Shown here in pieces: positions 1 through 13,554 of a DNA stretch of 64,000 nt. The stretch comes from Felis catus. Its lineage: Eukaryota. The translations under genes and the position numbers were made by a program. The stretch is taken from NCBI RefSeq assembly GCF_018350175.1, contig NC_058368.1, positions 137,270,001 through 137,334,000 of the forward strand, in the 5' to 3' direction. The notes under the pieces were generated by a model. That model saw only the letters and a list, made by a program, of their open reading frames with translations, made no database searches and was not told the origin of the DNA. Numbering within the stretch: the stretch's first letter is position 1; the number at the start of each line of letters is the position of its first letter.

Positions 1-36
1 TGATGCTAGAACCTGTGAGGAGACCCATGGAGAAAC

Positions 37-163
37 TTATTTTATTTTATTTTATTTTATTTTACTTTACTTTACTTTACTTTACTTTACTTTACTTTAC
101 TTTACTTTACTTTATTTTATTTTATTTTATTTTATTTTATTTTATTTTATTTTATTTTATTTT
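37..163. repeat. Compound (TTTTA)n/(TTTAC)n microsatellite forming the A-tail of the adjacent minus-strand SINE
   Basis: Directly visible pentamer array with an internal block of 10 TTTAC units at 61-110. Confidence 0.95.
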
Positions 164-363
164 TAGAGAGAGATGGCCTGAGTGGGGGAGAGGGGCAGAG
201 AGAGGGAGAGAGAGCAAGAGAGAAAGAGAGGGAGGGAGAATCCCAAGCAGGCTCCATGCTTAGCTCAGAGCCCGACACAGGGCTCAATCCCACAACCCTG
301 GGATCACGACCTAAGCTGAAGTCAAGAGTTGGACACTCAATCAATTGAGCCACCCAGGCACCC
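37..363 (-). mobile_element. CAN-SINE (SINEC)
   Basis: Reverse complement of GGGTGCCTGGGTGGCTCAATTG head, CT-rich body, A-rich tail. Confidence 0.9.
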
Positions 364-1493
364 TGGAGAGATACATACCCAGAAGGAAGATACACTAGCA
401 TTTGTATTTAGAAAGATTATCCTACCAGCAGAGATGAGAATGAATTAAAACAGGGAAAGACATGTTTACATATTGATTGGAGTGATCCATGAAAGACATG
501 TTGAGGAGTTGAACAGAGTCCGTGGCGGTGGAGAAAAAGAAGAAGCGATGGATGCAGAAAGTACTTAGGAGACAGAACTCTCAGAAGATATGTGGGATTC
601 CCAGGGCCCTGGCCCAGGAGATTTGATATAGCCAAGACATGAAGCTCAGTTAATTTAGTACTGACACATAAAACATCTAGATAATACGTTAAGTGCTTGC
701 TGTAAATGGTGCCATATGTGGGGCATCACAAGAATGCTCAAAGTGCAGAGGATCTAGCAAAAGTCAAAACAACCTTGGGAAGGATGTTTAGCACTTGTTT
801 AAAGCTTAGCTAGAAGAGGACAGCTTAAATTTTAATACTTGAGATCAGTTTTTATCACAACCTTGTGCTATGCCACATATCATGCGTTGACAGATTTGCT
901 TAGCTCTGACAGCTGATTTTTTGGAAGACATTTGGCAATACGGGGAGAACCCAGCAGACTATGTAAATCATGGGGAGAAAGTAGCAGCCTGTAAATACAA
1001 GGTGAAAGGTTAGTTATATTCAAGATGAAGAGAGCAGAAGAATAAAACTGCTGCTTGTCCTTGTGTGCTCTTGGAGGAGAATTACTCTGAGGCAAAGAGG
1101 ACCTGTTTTCATGAAAGACTCTGTGATGGTCAGGGTACAGGCTGTGGGGCCACAGGGCCCTGGCAATGCATTGGGACATAACAGGTAGAGAAAGGGCCGT
1201 TCCTCCCCCCACCCCGCCACCCCCTGCCCTGGGACCAGAATCCCAAAGTGGAAGCTGCAGATAGAGCCTGCAAGAAGCTTGTGGGGAATAAGGAGAATAA
1301 AGCAGGGTCCTGTGAAGCTTATTCCCAATAGGCTGGTTTGTGGGCACGTGTGAAGCCAGGCCTCCTTGTAAGAATCACAGACATTTCTGTGGGGAACTTT
1401 GCCAAAGGGTGAGTCACAGGAACTTTGAGTTACTAAGGTGTTAACTGAAGAGAACTTAGGGTTTTACCCCACATAACTCCTTCCAAGGGCCAT

Positions 1494-1524
<31 letters not shown>

Positions 1525-1734
1525 GGTCATCTTGTGGTGGTTGCAGCAGAGAAGGCAGAAAAATCACTTGACGTCAAATGAATCTTTGCAGAGTTGCATG
1601 CTGATTCCCAATGAAGTCACCCTTTTAGAATATTATTATTAAAGCGAGTATACCTTGTCCCAGTCTGATATATTTTCATTTGGACTACTCCACAGTTAAA
1701 AGACTTTCGAGAAAAATAACCAGCACTACTTAAT

Positions 1735-2288
1735 GTGTCAGTCAGTCTCCAAGATGGCTCCTTACTGATTCTCTTCTGGTGCGCATGCTCTGTACAGTCC
1801 CCTCCCACAGTCTGTTAGAGTTGGTCTGTGTCACCAATAGAATGTATTCTATTGTAAGTGACAGTGTGTGACTTTCAGTGCTGCTTCATTAAAAAAAAAA
1901 AAAAAAAAAAGGAAAACAGTGCCGCTTCAATGTTTTCTCTTGGATTACTCACTCTGGGGAAACCAGCTACCCTGTCATGACGACGTCAAAGCAGCCCCAT
2001 GGAAAAATGCAAGTGGTAAGGAACTCAGGTCTCCCGCCAACAGCCAGCCTTGACTTGCCAGCCATCTGAGCATGCTACCTTTAAAGTAAATCTTCCCGCC
2101 CCAGTCAAACTTCTGAGGATGACAACTCTGGCCAATCGCTTCACTGAAAACTCCCAAGAGATTCTGAGGCAGAAACACTCAACTTAGCTGCTCCAAAATT
2201 CCTGACCCTCAAAAATGTTAGGAAGTAAAAATTGGCATTATTGCTTCAAGTTTGGGATAATTTGTTAAGCAGCAATATTTAACCCACA
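1735..2288 (+). mobile_element. MaLR solo LTR (MLT1E/F-like)
   Basis: CTCCAAGATGGCTCC start, GGAACTCAGGTCTCCCGCCAACAGCCAGC core, GATAATTTGTTAAGCAGCAATA end. Confidence 0.75.
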
Positions 2289-3096
2289 GACTTAATTTAT
2301 GCCCACGTGAACAAGACACCTCACCAAGGTAATCCCACCAAAACAAAGAGATTGCCCCAACAACAGGTTTTACCTTCTACCTTTAGGCAACTAAAGCAAA
2401 TTTCTGGTATTTTTCAAATACAGTCATGTTTTGTCTCCACTTAGAGACAATAATGTTCAGAAATATTAAAGCCTAAGTCCAAACCACCCATTATAGCACC
2501 ATGTGGATAGCTAGCTAGGCTGCAGAGTCTGCTAAATCAGTTTCAAAAAAGCCGCCAAAAATTAGTCTAGACAGTATCTATGGATAAACAACATCATTGC
2601 ATTCAATTATCTGACTGGAGAGAGAAGGAAAAAAAAAATTCTGACAGTAATTTGATTTTAGGAAAAGGGAACTATGATAAAATGCTATTATTAAAGAAAA
2701 ACTGAATGGTGCATTTTCCAAAGCAAAGTCCCTACAGCAACATGAACACATTCAAAATCTGTGATTGAAACCCCAAGGAAAATGCTGGCCTCTTCATAAG
2801 GTGAGGAGGAACTCTGATCTCAGAGGCCTACTTGTAATGTTGTAAGCAAATTCAAGCAAAAATTCAAGCAAAACAAATCCAGACATTTCAATTAGCACAA
2901 AAAATAATAATAATAACCATAACTGGAGACAACTACCCAAGTTTGGGAAGATCTCAAAGATGAGATTGTATGTTGTTATTGTGCACAGCTTTGTACTGTG
3001 GTTCATGCTTTCTGTATCAGTCTCTTGACCTGAACTGTAAGTTCCTAGAAGGTATGGGCTCAGTAACTCTCTCAAGTCACTGCCTAGAGTTAGCGC

Positions 3097-3690
3097 ATTA
3101 GTCTGAGTTCCCTAGGAAAAAAAATTGATTCTGAAGCAAGGCTTCCTTGGCAAGTTCAATCACTGAGAAGCGAGAGTGAAAGAAAAGACAAGTGAGTCAG
3201 AGGAGTATGGGAAGGAAAAGCAAGGTAATGCACTGACCACGCTGGCTACTGTTCCATAACAAGCAATTGCCTGACTGGTGTTGCAGTGTGACCATGCAGG
3301 ACATGTCTGGACAGATTAAATGGAAAAACCATGACTCAGAACAGTCTCTGGTGGTGGGGAAAAAATGGAGAAGGAATTTATCCACTGGCTTCACTTTGTA
3401 CTAATCAAAGTTTGTTCCATGAGGAGTTTATGCCTCTAAACACCAAGGTTGTGGCCCCTTCAGCAACCAGTAGGGAGACTACATCCTATGACCTCTGGCA
3501 TAGGACTTTGTACAGATCTGGAAAGGTAAGAGGGACCAGAGATCCTGGGCATTCATCTTGGGTAACAGAAAGGCAAGACCCCACAGAAAGTCCTTCATCA
3601 CAGTGGCTGTGGTGAAGACATACAACCCTGAGGTGTCAGGGGTCAGGTGAGCTGGAAACATGTATTGGATATAGCCAGTGTTGGTCAATA
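3097..3690 (-). mobile_element. Old ERVL-type LTR (LTR33-like)
   Basis: TTAGTCTGAGTTCCCTAGGAAA...CTGAAGCAAGG start typical of antisense old ERVL LTRs; heavily diverged. Confidence 0.45.
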
Positions 3691-4299
3691 CTCGTGGATA
3701 GAAACTTCTTGTAGTCTGAAGGACAAACGGGAGAGTAACAAGTATCCATTAGAGCTATAAAATCAGCGTCACCCAATTTCATATGTAAATTTAGCTTATC
3801 TCTTCAGCTCTAGCCTTTTTCCTCCAACACCAGCAAAGCACTGTTGTCTCAGAGACAGGGCTAGGCGATGAAGGGTTCTTACTGTCAGTGCTCCTAGGCT
3901 GATCTCTGCAGGAAGAATTATTAGGTTTGGGCCAAACTGCTCTTCTTAAGCCTTCCTCGTGATCCAAGCTGGCCTCAGAATCCCCAAACTGCAGTCCTCT
4001 TTTGGGTAGCAGCCCGGGGTTAATTCATTTGCTTCTATTTTATACAAATTTCAAGTACGTGACTTTGAAAAATAAATAAGGGAAAACTTTGTGCATAAAA
4101 TCTGAAATAGTTCAAATGTACTGATTGTTGATAATTGCTTACTTTTGAAGCTGGTGAACTATGCTTATACTATCGTCACTTATTGGAACTACTTTAGGGT
4201 CATAAACAAACAAGCGCATGATCATTTTTCAGAATGAGTCATGGACTATGTGAGATCTTTCAGGAAAAAATACTCACAAAAGGAATCTGCCTGGTCCTT

Positions 4300-5110
4300 T
4301 TACCAGTGTTATTATTATTTTGCAGATGAGGAAACTGAGTCATTACATGATTGAATTTGGGGACTCAAAGCCAAGTCCTCAGTCTTCAATCCCCATGTCC
4401 TTTCCATTGTTCTAGCCCTCCCAACTTTGTGTTACCATCACATGTAATAAGAAGACTTTACTTTCATGCATGGTGTCAGTAAAAATATTGGCTGAGCCCA
4501 CTATACTGTACCTAACATGTTCCTTTAGGTTGACATAAAGCTTTTAATGGATATTCTTTTTACAGTGTGGTTCGATCCCCCATCCACTTAGCTACTTTAA
4601 ATGCAACAAGCCACGGTTGACCATTTATCCCCAAGAAAGTAGTAATAGCAGTAACAACCACAAGAATACTAATATTTACCATTTTCTAGCACCAGGTACT
4701 GTCTGAGAGTCTTCACATATGTTATTTCACATCATCCTCACAGTAGCCCTGTCAGGCACTACTATCATTTTTCTCATTATACAAATAAGAAAACTGAGGC
4801 TCCTAACAATAGGAGAAAATGGTATTTAACTCCTGTTAGTTAGATATTAACTAATTTGGCCAAAGTTACACAGCTAGCAAGTGCACACTTAGTTCTGAGC
4901 CCAGATTGTTTTCCACTGACCCGAAATCCTTTACATTGGCAAAGTACATTATAAAGCTGACAGAGACATGTTCTTTTTACGTGTGCATGAGCACTTTTCC
5001 TCTTGATCACTACTTACTTTATAGATAAGGAATTGAGGCTCAAGAAGTTGAGATATTTTTTCCAAGTTCACATAGCTATTAACTGTCAGAGCTGGGAGTC
5101 AAAGCTTAGT
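4300..5110 (-). mobile_element. Cluster of MIR fragments
   Basis: Three MIR core copies: CAGATGAGGAAACTGAG, CAAATAAGAAAACTGAGGCT, AGATAAGGAATTGAGGCTCA. Confidence 0.7.
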
Positions 5111-5644
5111 TGGAGTTTTTTCTATTCTCTGCTTCTCACGGGAGACTATCAAATGCTTGATTAAATTGACGACTGCCTGCATTCAATTGGTGTTTGCTAA
5201 TTTATCATCATAGACGCACTAAAAATTAGTTTCCACAAATCCTATTAAATCAAAAAAAATCACTTAGAACAATTGTTTTTGTGAGTTCCTACCCTCTGAA
5301 TTAATGAGAAACTTCTATGTTCATTGATGGAAGTGTAATTTGACGCTGGGGCCTCATGAGGACTTCAGAGAAGAGACAGAGGAGAACTAAGGAAATTGTA
5401 ATACCCATACAAAGATACTGAAAATAGGAGTATAGTGAAACAAAAGAAAACAAAACAAAACAAAAAAAGAGCCTCAAAGCAACTCTCATCTTAACAGGGA
5501 ACCTAAAAGATTATCAAAGGAGGGAAGATAGGACCAAAAAGCTGGAGATGAACAGCAACAAAACGCCACACAATGGAAGTACCTTAATACACGGATAGAT
5601 AGAGTTTTCTTGAAAAGTTTCTGTTACTTTCTTAGAATACTTCT

Positions 5645-6135
5645 TAGAATTGGGCTTGGCTGCATATAACGAAGATGCAAACTGACAGCAGAAATAAGGA
5701 AAAAGTTTTCATCTCTTTCATGTAATGACCAGAAATTGACCATTCAAGACTACTATGGAGGCTGTACATTGTTAGGGACCCAGTCTCTTTTTTTGTAGCT
5801 GCTTTGCCATTCATGGCTTCCATTTGCAAAGCCACTCACAGCCCAAAACAGCTGCTGGAGCTCCAGTGTTTGTATTTGCATTCCAGGCTACAGGAAGAAG
5901 GAAGAGGGGGCAAATGGGGTCTCCTTCCTCCCTCTTAATGAGATTTTCCAGAAATAACTCACAACACTTGCACTTCTATATCATTGAGCAGAATTTCATC
6001 ACATAATCACACTGGCACCTACTTGCAAGGAAGGCTCTTTTAGCTGGGTATATTGTTCCCATCTAAATGCAGGGTTCTGTTACTGAGGAGGAGACAGAAT
6101 AGATATTGGGGTGTGCCATGAGCAGATTCTGCCAC
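5645..6135 (-). mobile_element. MaLR LTR (MLT1J/K-like)
   Basis: GAATTGGGCTTGGCTGCATATAAC start and GGTTCTGTTACTGAGGAGGAG...TCTGCCACA end. Confidence 0.65.
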
Positions 6136-6647
6136 AAATGGATAAATGATTAATATAATTATAACAACAACAACAATAAAAGTAATAAACTCTTTCACTC
6201 TACCTATCTCCTCAAAGACACCCACAACAGGATATTCCAAATGCCTTAGGTAAATTGGCACCATTGGAAAATTTTCTATTTAGAAAATTTTTAAAGCGAA
6301 ATCAATTTAGATACTTTTATAGCAAGAACAATGGGAATGGATTGACTATAAAGCCAAAAGTGAGAAAGCTTGAGTTTTGTATTATACTAAAATCATAATA
6401 TTCCTCTTATCTGGCGGTTGGTTTTTGTCCTCAGGCTGTGATGGCTGGAAGCCTATGATAAGAAACCCTTTTACATTCAATGTCATCTATATTCTCACGT
6501 TGTTGCACTGCAGATTGCTTACATTGAACTTGCAGCAGCCCTGTATCCTGCTTAACTATATTCATATTTCAAGCAAACACCACTCACATTTCAAAGGAAA
6601 ATTCTATCGAAAATGGTATTTAACTCCTATACATTCAAAATACTCTA

Positions 6648-6874
6648 GGGGTGCCTGGGTGGCTCAGTCTGTTGAGAGTCCCACTTTGGCTACAGTCATG
6701 ATCTCATGGCTTGTGAGTTAGAGCCCTGCATCGGGCTCTGTACCGACAGCTCAAAGTCTGGAGCCTGCTTCAGATTTTGTGTCTCCCTCTCTCTGCCCCT
6801 CCCCCACCTGTGCTCTGCCTCTCTGTCTCTCTGTCTCTCTGTCTCTCTCTCAAAAATAAAACATTAAAAAAAAA
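6648..6874 (+). mobile_element. CAN-SINE (SINEC_Fc)
   Basis: GGGGTGCCTGGGTGGCTCAG head, (CT)n, AATAAA and A tail. Confidence 0.92.
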
Positions 6875-7132
6875 TACCACAGAGAAACTAAATGCTCACC
6901 TCTTTCTAAAATTGTATAGAAATAAGCAATCAAAGTAAAGGAGATTATGAAAAAAATAAGATGTCTGATGCATTCCTGTGCAAAAATAAGTGTTCTCTTA
7001 AATGTATTTTTATTTCCAGTAATGATAATAATAGCTAACATTTACTGAGTGATTATTATGTGTCACGAGCAGAGGTGAGTACATTATTTTATTCATTCAT
7101 ACACTGTAAGAAAAGCGTCAGGGTATTTTCTT

Positions 7133-7361
7133 TTTTTTTTTTTTTTTAATTTTTTTTCCAACGTTTATTTATTTTTGGGACAGAGAGAGACAGAGCATGA
7201 ACGGGGGAGGGGCAGAGAGAGAGGGAGACACAGAATCGGAAACAGGCTCCAGGCTCTGAGCCATCAGCCCAGAGCCTGACGCGGGGCTCGAACTCCCGGA
7301 CCGCGAGATCGTGACCTGGCTGAAGTCGGACGCTTAACCGACTGCGCCACCCAGGCGCCCC
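7133..7361 (-). mobile_element. Young SINEC_Fc with 19-bp TSD
   Basis: CpG-rich full-length copy; AGCGTCAGGGTATTTTCTT duplicated at 7114-7132 and 7362-7380. Confidence 0.97.
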
Positions 7362-7569
7362 AGCGTCAGGGTATTTTCTTAAACTTTGGCTCCTTAGGCA
7401 CTATCATTCATTCATCCTTCCATTAACATTTGCCAAACATTTGTTATGTATCTAGCACTATGCTAAAGGATAGGGAGACAGAGATTTAAAAAATACAGAT
7501 ACTATCCTAAGGAAATTCACATTTTTAAAAAGTGAACAAAGGGAGAAGTAAAATGAGTACATTTTAATT

Positions 7570-7785
7570 CCTACGTGCACGGATTCTGGAACAGGCCTTT
7601 GGGATTCACATCCTGACTCTGAACGCCTAGCTGTGGGACTTCAAGCAAATCATATAACTTCTCCAAGTTTGAGTTTCCTCACCTGAAAAATGGGAATACC
7701 AAAGTACTGAATGAGATAAACCATTTAAGCACTTAAGTCACTGTTTGGCACACTGTAAGCAGTCAATACATGTTATTATTATTTG
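7570..7785 (+). mobile_element. MIR
   Basis: GAGTTTCCTCACCTGAAAAATGGGAATA core. Confidence 0.7.
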
Positions 7786-7901
7786 TGTAATAGCACCCAG
7801 GGTGTTGAAGGAACAGTAAGAAAGATGGTGAACTCAGACGCCAGGCTGAGCAAGCCTTATGAAGATACCATTACTGGATATAGTTAAGACTATACAACTC
7901 A

Positions 7902-8038
7902 GGGGTGCCTGGGTGGCTCTGTCAGTTAAGGTCTGACTCTTGATCTCAGCTCAGGTCTTGATCTCAGAGTCATGAGTTCAAGCCCTGCACTGAGTTCCAT
8001 GCTGGTGTGGAGCCTATTTAAGAATAAAAAATTAAAAA
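7902..8038 (+). mobile_element. Short older CAN-SINE
   Basis: tRNA-like head without CT stretch; flanking AAGACT(A/G)TACAACTCAG duplication. Confidence 0.85.
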
Positions 8039-8453
8039 AGACTGTACAACTCAGACACTCTCCTAAATTCTCAGCTCTTTGGGGTCAAACTTCTCTTATG
8101 CCCAAATAACTCTGACACACATGCCTATAAAAGCAGAAAGTCTCATCTTTCCCTGGGCTACCCCTCAGGGGTAGCAGTGAAAACTTGAGGAATAAAGACG
8201 TATTCCACAAATCCTCAGGCTCCCCCAGCCAAACACTCTCTCTAGACTATTGCTCTACTTTGTGCACAGGTTATCTGCTCACACCTAGCCATCCTCCCAC
8301 CCCCACCCCCCCGCCCCGGGCAGTTTCTGCTTTCAGGTTTTACTTCCTCCCTAAGTGTGGACAGAGCTGCCTCCATCAGTGTTTCAAAGCACATCTCAAA
8401 GAAGCTGTCCCTTTAAATAAGGCTTCGCTGAAAGATGAGGGAGAACAGAAATA

Positions 8454-8692
8454 CAGTAAAACCTTGGGTTACGAGCAACTTGTTTTACAAGTGTTGCACA
8501 AGATGAGCAAACCTTCTAATAACTTTTAATTTGATAAATGAGCAATGTCTTGAAATAAGAGTAGTACCTGACACCGTAGGTCACATGATCACAAGTGAGA
8601 CACTGGTTATTGAAATTCACTTTGATATACAAGTCCTTTGGATTACAAGCATGTTTCCAGAATGAATTAGGCTCACAAACCAAGGTTTTACT
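8454..8692. mobile_element. Non-autonomous Tc1/mariner (Tigger-like) MITE
   Basis: TIRs CAGTAAAACCTTGGGTT / AAACCAAGGTTTTACT with flanking TA dinucleotides. Confidence 0.8.
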
Positions 8693-9843
8693 TACCCCAA
8701 AAGATAGCCCACAACTAGGACTACAGATGGTTGCCCTGAAAGTCACATCCCAAACCTAAGTTGACCATCCCTGCCTTGCTAGCCCCCACAGGTCTTTTCC
8801 CGATGTGGGGAGGAGCCAGCTGCACCCTTTCCGCAGGAATTTTCGGGTACCTCCATATTCCAGCATCTAAGCTCAATCCCCTTTTTGCCCCCAGGGAAGA
8901 TGCAAAGCCTCTCTTCCCAGGCTAAGCTCCTTCTCTTTCCCACCTCAAGATGGCAGGTGCCCACTCAGGGTGCTGAGGCCCCTATCTCTGGGACAATCAT
9001 GTGAATCCTCAAACGTTGCCCCAAATCAAGGTTATCCATCTTAACTCTTGGGTAGGACACCAGTGGTCCAGTCCATCTAGTGCTGCTTCTTGCTGATCTA
9101 CACCCACATCATAGACTTCCCTTGGCCTTCAGGTGAAAGAAGGTCCAGGCCTGCATGACCTTCCTGGTGGTTCCCAGTCTTGAATGGACACTGCTTGGAT
9201 AAAAATACACATAACTCACCAAGGCATCATTTCTAGGCAAAGGACAGTACAACTTCAGATTTAGGAATTTTTTCATTATCTTGCAAATATACTACATTTA
9301 CATTATTAAACAGAACATTTAGTAAGTTACCCTGAAGGTTTTGCATTTGGGGTTATTACACTACTTTCTGGGCTTCCCTAAGAAAAAATGGATAGGTATT
9401 TGCCTTACAAATACATTACTAAAAGGATTCATTCAACTGGTCCATTCTCAAACAAAGGGAAGTCTCACCCCAAAGACAAATGTTTACCTGTCAGATGTCT
9501 CATTTCCTCAGAGTTCTGCTCTCAACCCGATTATCTGTTAGGTATACTTTGCTTTATATAAGTGTATTCCATCGTTTAGAATGGAAATAGCCCAGAGCAC
9601 TTTACAAGCAATAAAGAAATGTCTGATTAAAAGGCATTTTAGTATTCTATGGCTATTGAACATAATAATACCTCTTGGCCAGACACTCTTTTAGGGATAT
9701 TAGACCTATAAGGTAAAGTCCCTATCTAGAAACCAAGGAGAATGACTTTTTAAACAGTCAAGAATCCCTTGGCATTTGAACATGTACACAAAAAGATTTT
9801 TATTAATATTACTCAAGCAATCATTTAAAAGTTAGTGACCCTA

Positions 9844-10076
9844 GGGGCGCCTGGGTGGCTCAGTTGGTTAAGTGTCTGACTTCAGCTCAGGTCCTGATCT
9901 TGTGGTTCGTGGGTTCGAGCCCTGCATCAGGCTCTGCACTGATGGCTCAGAGCCTGGAGCCTGCTTCAGATTCTGTGTCTCCCTCTCTCTCTCTGCCCCT
10001 CTCCGACTTGTACTCTGTCTCTCTCTCTCTCTCAAAAATAAATAAATATTAAAACATAACTTAAAAAATAATAATA
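9844..10076 (+). mobile_element. CAN-SINE (SINEC_Fc)
   Basis: Canonical head and tail; TSD AAAAGTTAGTGAC. Confidence 0.93.
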
Positions 10077-11692
10077 AAAGTTAGTGACTCCTACCTTCCT
10101 AGAATCATAGCACCCAGGGCACAATTCAAACTGTCTTCCATCGTCTGTTCCCTGACATCTCCCCTCTGCTTTACACAGGCAAGTTTAGACAAGCTTAGCC
10201 TTTCCCACCAATATGTCCAGTTTCTGTCTTTCCTTTCTGCAGAAGGGAATTTAAAAAATATTTTTGTTACTATTAAGTGTTACTATTTAACAGAAATTTT
10301 AAAAAGAGTGTTTTGCCAAGTATTTCAATGGATTGTTGGAAGAATCAGCTAAAGGAATAGGGTAATGCATAGAACAATTTTTCGGAAACTGTAGACCATG
10401 TATAAATGATTATCATTTTTGCTGTGTTAAGGTAGGAGGAGGGTAGATAAGTCTTAATTGTACAGATGGCATTTAATACATGGCCTAGAGAGCTGAAAGG
10501 AAGAGGAGCTAACTCATACCTAGACCAACTTTGTAATCACTTAGTCTTTCTTAATCCTCACAACCAATCTCTGAATTAAATATTTCTATTTTACTATAAA
10601 GGAAACTGAGAATAAGAGGGGTTAAGTGATTTGCCACACAACTAATAAAAGCCTGAGTGGGACTTAAACTCAAAAGGGAAGGCTCACAAAGTGTTAACAG
10701 AAAAGTAGCAAGAATGGAATTGTCCAACCTGAGTCTCACTGTTGCCTGGTCCAACCTCACCTGATTTCCCTCGTAAGTGAGGAATGTGATGGCCTTCCTT
10801 CTCCAGCCTTTCCTGCTTAGCCTCAGCCCCTAAGATCACCCAACCAGTCAACAGTGAGAGGAGGACCAGCACATGGAATTGGCGTGTGGAGTGTCTGGTG
10901 GGCTTGTTCTCAAACCCCAAGCATCCACAAACCCTATATTGCTACAGTTGTCTCCTGCTTCCACCATATTGTCCAGGTTGTAGAACTAAGGTTCTTCCAG
11001 ACTTTCCTACCTCCCCATTTCCCTGCTGAGGTTAGAATCTCGTCCTGAGTTTCAGTACCCTAACTTCTCACAGGTTGAGAACTTTTCCTTTGGATTCCAA
11101 GGCAAGTAGATGGGCCATCTTGAGCCCATGCATGGCCCCTTACCAGATTTTTAATACTGCCACCAACCAGAAACTCCTGTTATGCTGCCTTATCCATTAC
11201 AGCATCTCTCTGGGCAAGGATTCCTGGTTATATCAGTTCTGAATTGTTTGCTTTGGCTTTTTTGATGTTGCATGTTGGCCAACAGCTAACTCCTTGGGGT
11301 CCAGGCCAACCCTGCCCTTCCTTTACTCTCTCCCCCGGCTCAAGAAGACTCAATGTGCCTCATGGCTAAGCCTTCTGAGTTAGGGAAGGATGAGGCATTG
11401 CCTCACCATGAAGTCCCTATAAGGCTTTGCCATAAATGAAAAGTGCCCAAGCTGAAAACAGGTGACCTGCTGAAAACACCCAGGAGTGTCACAATTTGTC
11501 CAGACATAGCTTGACTGGAGAGTCACAGATTAAGAACAGACATCTGAAAACAAGTAGGAATGAGGAGTTTGTTCCACTTACAAGCTCTGTGACCTTTAGC
11601 CCGTGTCATTAGTGTCACTGTGCCTTGTTTTCTTTATAACATAAGGGCAAGGATACCTGAGTCAGTAGGTTTTTATAAGGATTAATTGAGAA

Positions 11693-11812
11693 GGGTCCCT
11701 GAATGGCTCTGTCAGTTAAGTGTCTGACTTCGGCTCAGGTCATGATCTTGCAGTCTGTGGGTATGAGCCCCACATCGGGCTCTGCACTGATGGTGTTGAT
11801 TCTCCTTGCGAT

Positions 11813-11848
<36 letters not shown>

Positions 11849-11939
11849 CCCCTCCCCCACTTGTGTGTGTGTGTGTGTGTGCACTCTCTCTCTCTCTCTC
11901 TCTCTCTCTTAATAAATAAATAAACTTTAAAAAAAGAAA
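11693..11939 (+). mobile_element. CAN-SINE with (CT)n/(GT)n expansion
   Basis: Head, CT/GT repeats, AATAAA tail; TSD TAATTGAGAA; inserted in a MIR. Confidence 0.88.
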
Positions 11940-12009
11940 TAATTGAGAAAATGTTTGTCAAGGCGGGAATAGAACCTGGTATACAGTAGACACTCAATAA
12001 AGGCCCTAT

Positions 12010-12183
12010 GCAATCGACTCTAAAATGCACATTCATTTTCACATTTTAACAGTCTGAAACTGGAATGAACCTTATATTGTGTCACAGTTTAATCAACAGG
12101 GGCTTTTGTCTTCTTTTTTAATGGTACGTAAAATAACAGTACATCTTACAGTCAATGACATCTTAAGTTCTATGAAATGCAGT
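12010..12183. mobile_element. MER104-like TcMar-Tc2 fossil
   Basis: ATCGACTCTAAAATGCACATT...CACATTTTAACAGTCTGAAA and CATCTTAAGTTCTATGAAAT ends. Confidence 0.6.
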
Positions 12184-12184
12184 G

Positions 12185-12621
12185 CAGATGGTTCCCAACT
12201 TACACTGGTTGAGCTTACAATTTTTTGACTTCATAATGGTGTGAAAGCAATACGCATTCAGTAGAAACTGTACTTTGATTTCTGAGTTTTGATCTTTCCC
12301 CTGGCTGGCAACAGGCAGGGAAACTCTCCCTTGATGCTAGGTGGCCGCAGCTCTGTCAGCCCGAGAGCACAGTGACAGCCACTCTGTTTCTCACTTTCAG
12401 TGCAGTATTCAGTGAATTACATGAGATACTCAATACTTGATTATAAAATAGGCCTTGTGTTAGATGATTTGCCTAACTGTAGGCTAACGTAAGTGCTCTG
12501 CCTCTTAGTAAGGCAGGCCAAGCTAAGCTATGATGTTCCGTAGGTTAGATGTAGTAAGTGCATTGTCAACTTACCTTGGGTTTACCAGGATGGAACCCCA
12601 TCACAAGCTAAGGAAGATCTG
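12185..12621. mobile_element. MER47-like (Tigger family) DNA transposon fossil
   Basis: CAGATGGTTCCCAACTTAC ... CACAAGCTAAGGAAGATCTG imperfect TIRs; GGCCAAGCTAAGCTATGATGTTC internal motif. Confidence 0.8.
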
Positions 12622-13362
12622 CAATATCTCTCTCATACCACAGTATCCACAACCACGTTTTACTCCTTCCCAGACCTGACAAGTCACGTAGCAAAAATAA
12701 AAGCAGTGCTATAATTGATGGTGCCTCATAACCATGGAGAACAATTTTTTTCCCCATTTCGCCTGGCAATTCCACTGTGAAAAGAGCAACTGAAATTTTT
12801 GTGAAATAACAGGATCTTTAAAGAGGGCTCTTTATTTTTGCATTTTTCACAGACAGGCTTTGGTTTTCCAAAAGTTTTAATTGCTACCTCTGGATAATGT
12901 AACTCTATGAGACGAAATACACTCTCCTTGTTTAAAAATGTCGCACTTAGACTGTCCTGGTTGGTTCTGTCAAATCATCAAACATTTCTAAACAGATCGA
13001 ATTGTTTTTGTCCAAGTTCTGGTTTTAAAACTGATTCAGCCATGAGCAAATGAGCCCCGCAAATGCACCCACTCTCTCACTGGTCACCGGTCCTTTTCTT
13101 CTTGGGAAGCCCTTTCTCCTTGCCTCCCCTTCTGCTGAATTCATACTCAGAGCCAACTAATGAAATAAGAAACCACAGAACTTTAGAGTTGAACTGAAGC
13201 ATTTGCAGCTATCCCCAACTCAAAGCCAACTGTTCTTCTACTGGGTTTCCTAAACACTTCAGCCTTATTTCCACACCACTACTTATAGGCCACAATTGTA
13301 TTTTTAGGAAGTCTGTGTCTCTTTTCGTTTCTCCTCATTGGCTTTGAAAGTCTTCAAGGGCA

Positions 13363-13554
13363 GGGGCGCCTGGGTGGCTTAGTCAGCTAAGCATCCGACT
13401 TCGGCTCAGGTCATTATCTCACGGTTCGTGGGTTCAAGCCCCAGAAGCAGAGCCTGTTTTGAGTTCTGTGCTTCCCTCTTTCTCTTCCCCTCCCCCACTT
13501 ACACTCTGTCTCTCTTTCTCTCTCAAAAATAAATAAACATTAAAAAATGTTTTT
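13363..13554 (+). mobile_element. CAN-SINE whose tail is interrupted by an L1
   Basis: Canonical head; its TSD GAAAGTCTT(C/G)AAGGGCA lies at 13346-13362 and 15559-15575, 2.2 kb apart. Confidence 0.9.

Noticed and set aside
880..1347. 155-aa minus-strand ORF
   Set aside because: Non-ATG start, no recognisable domain, no splice support
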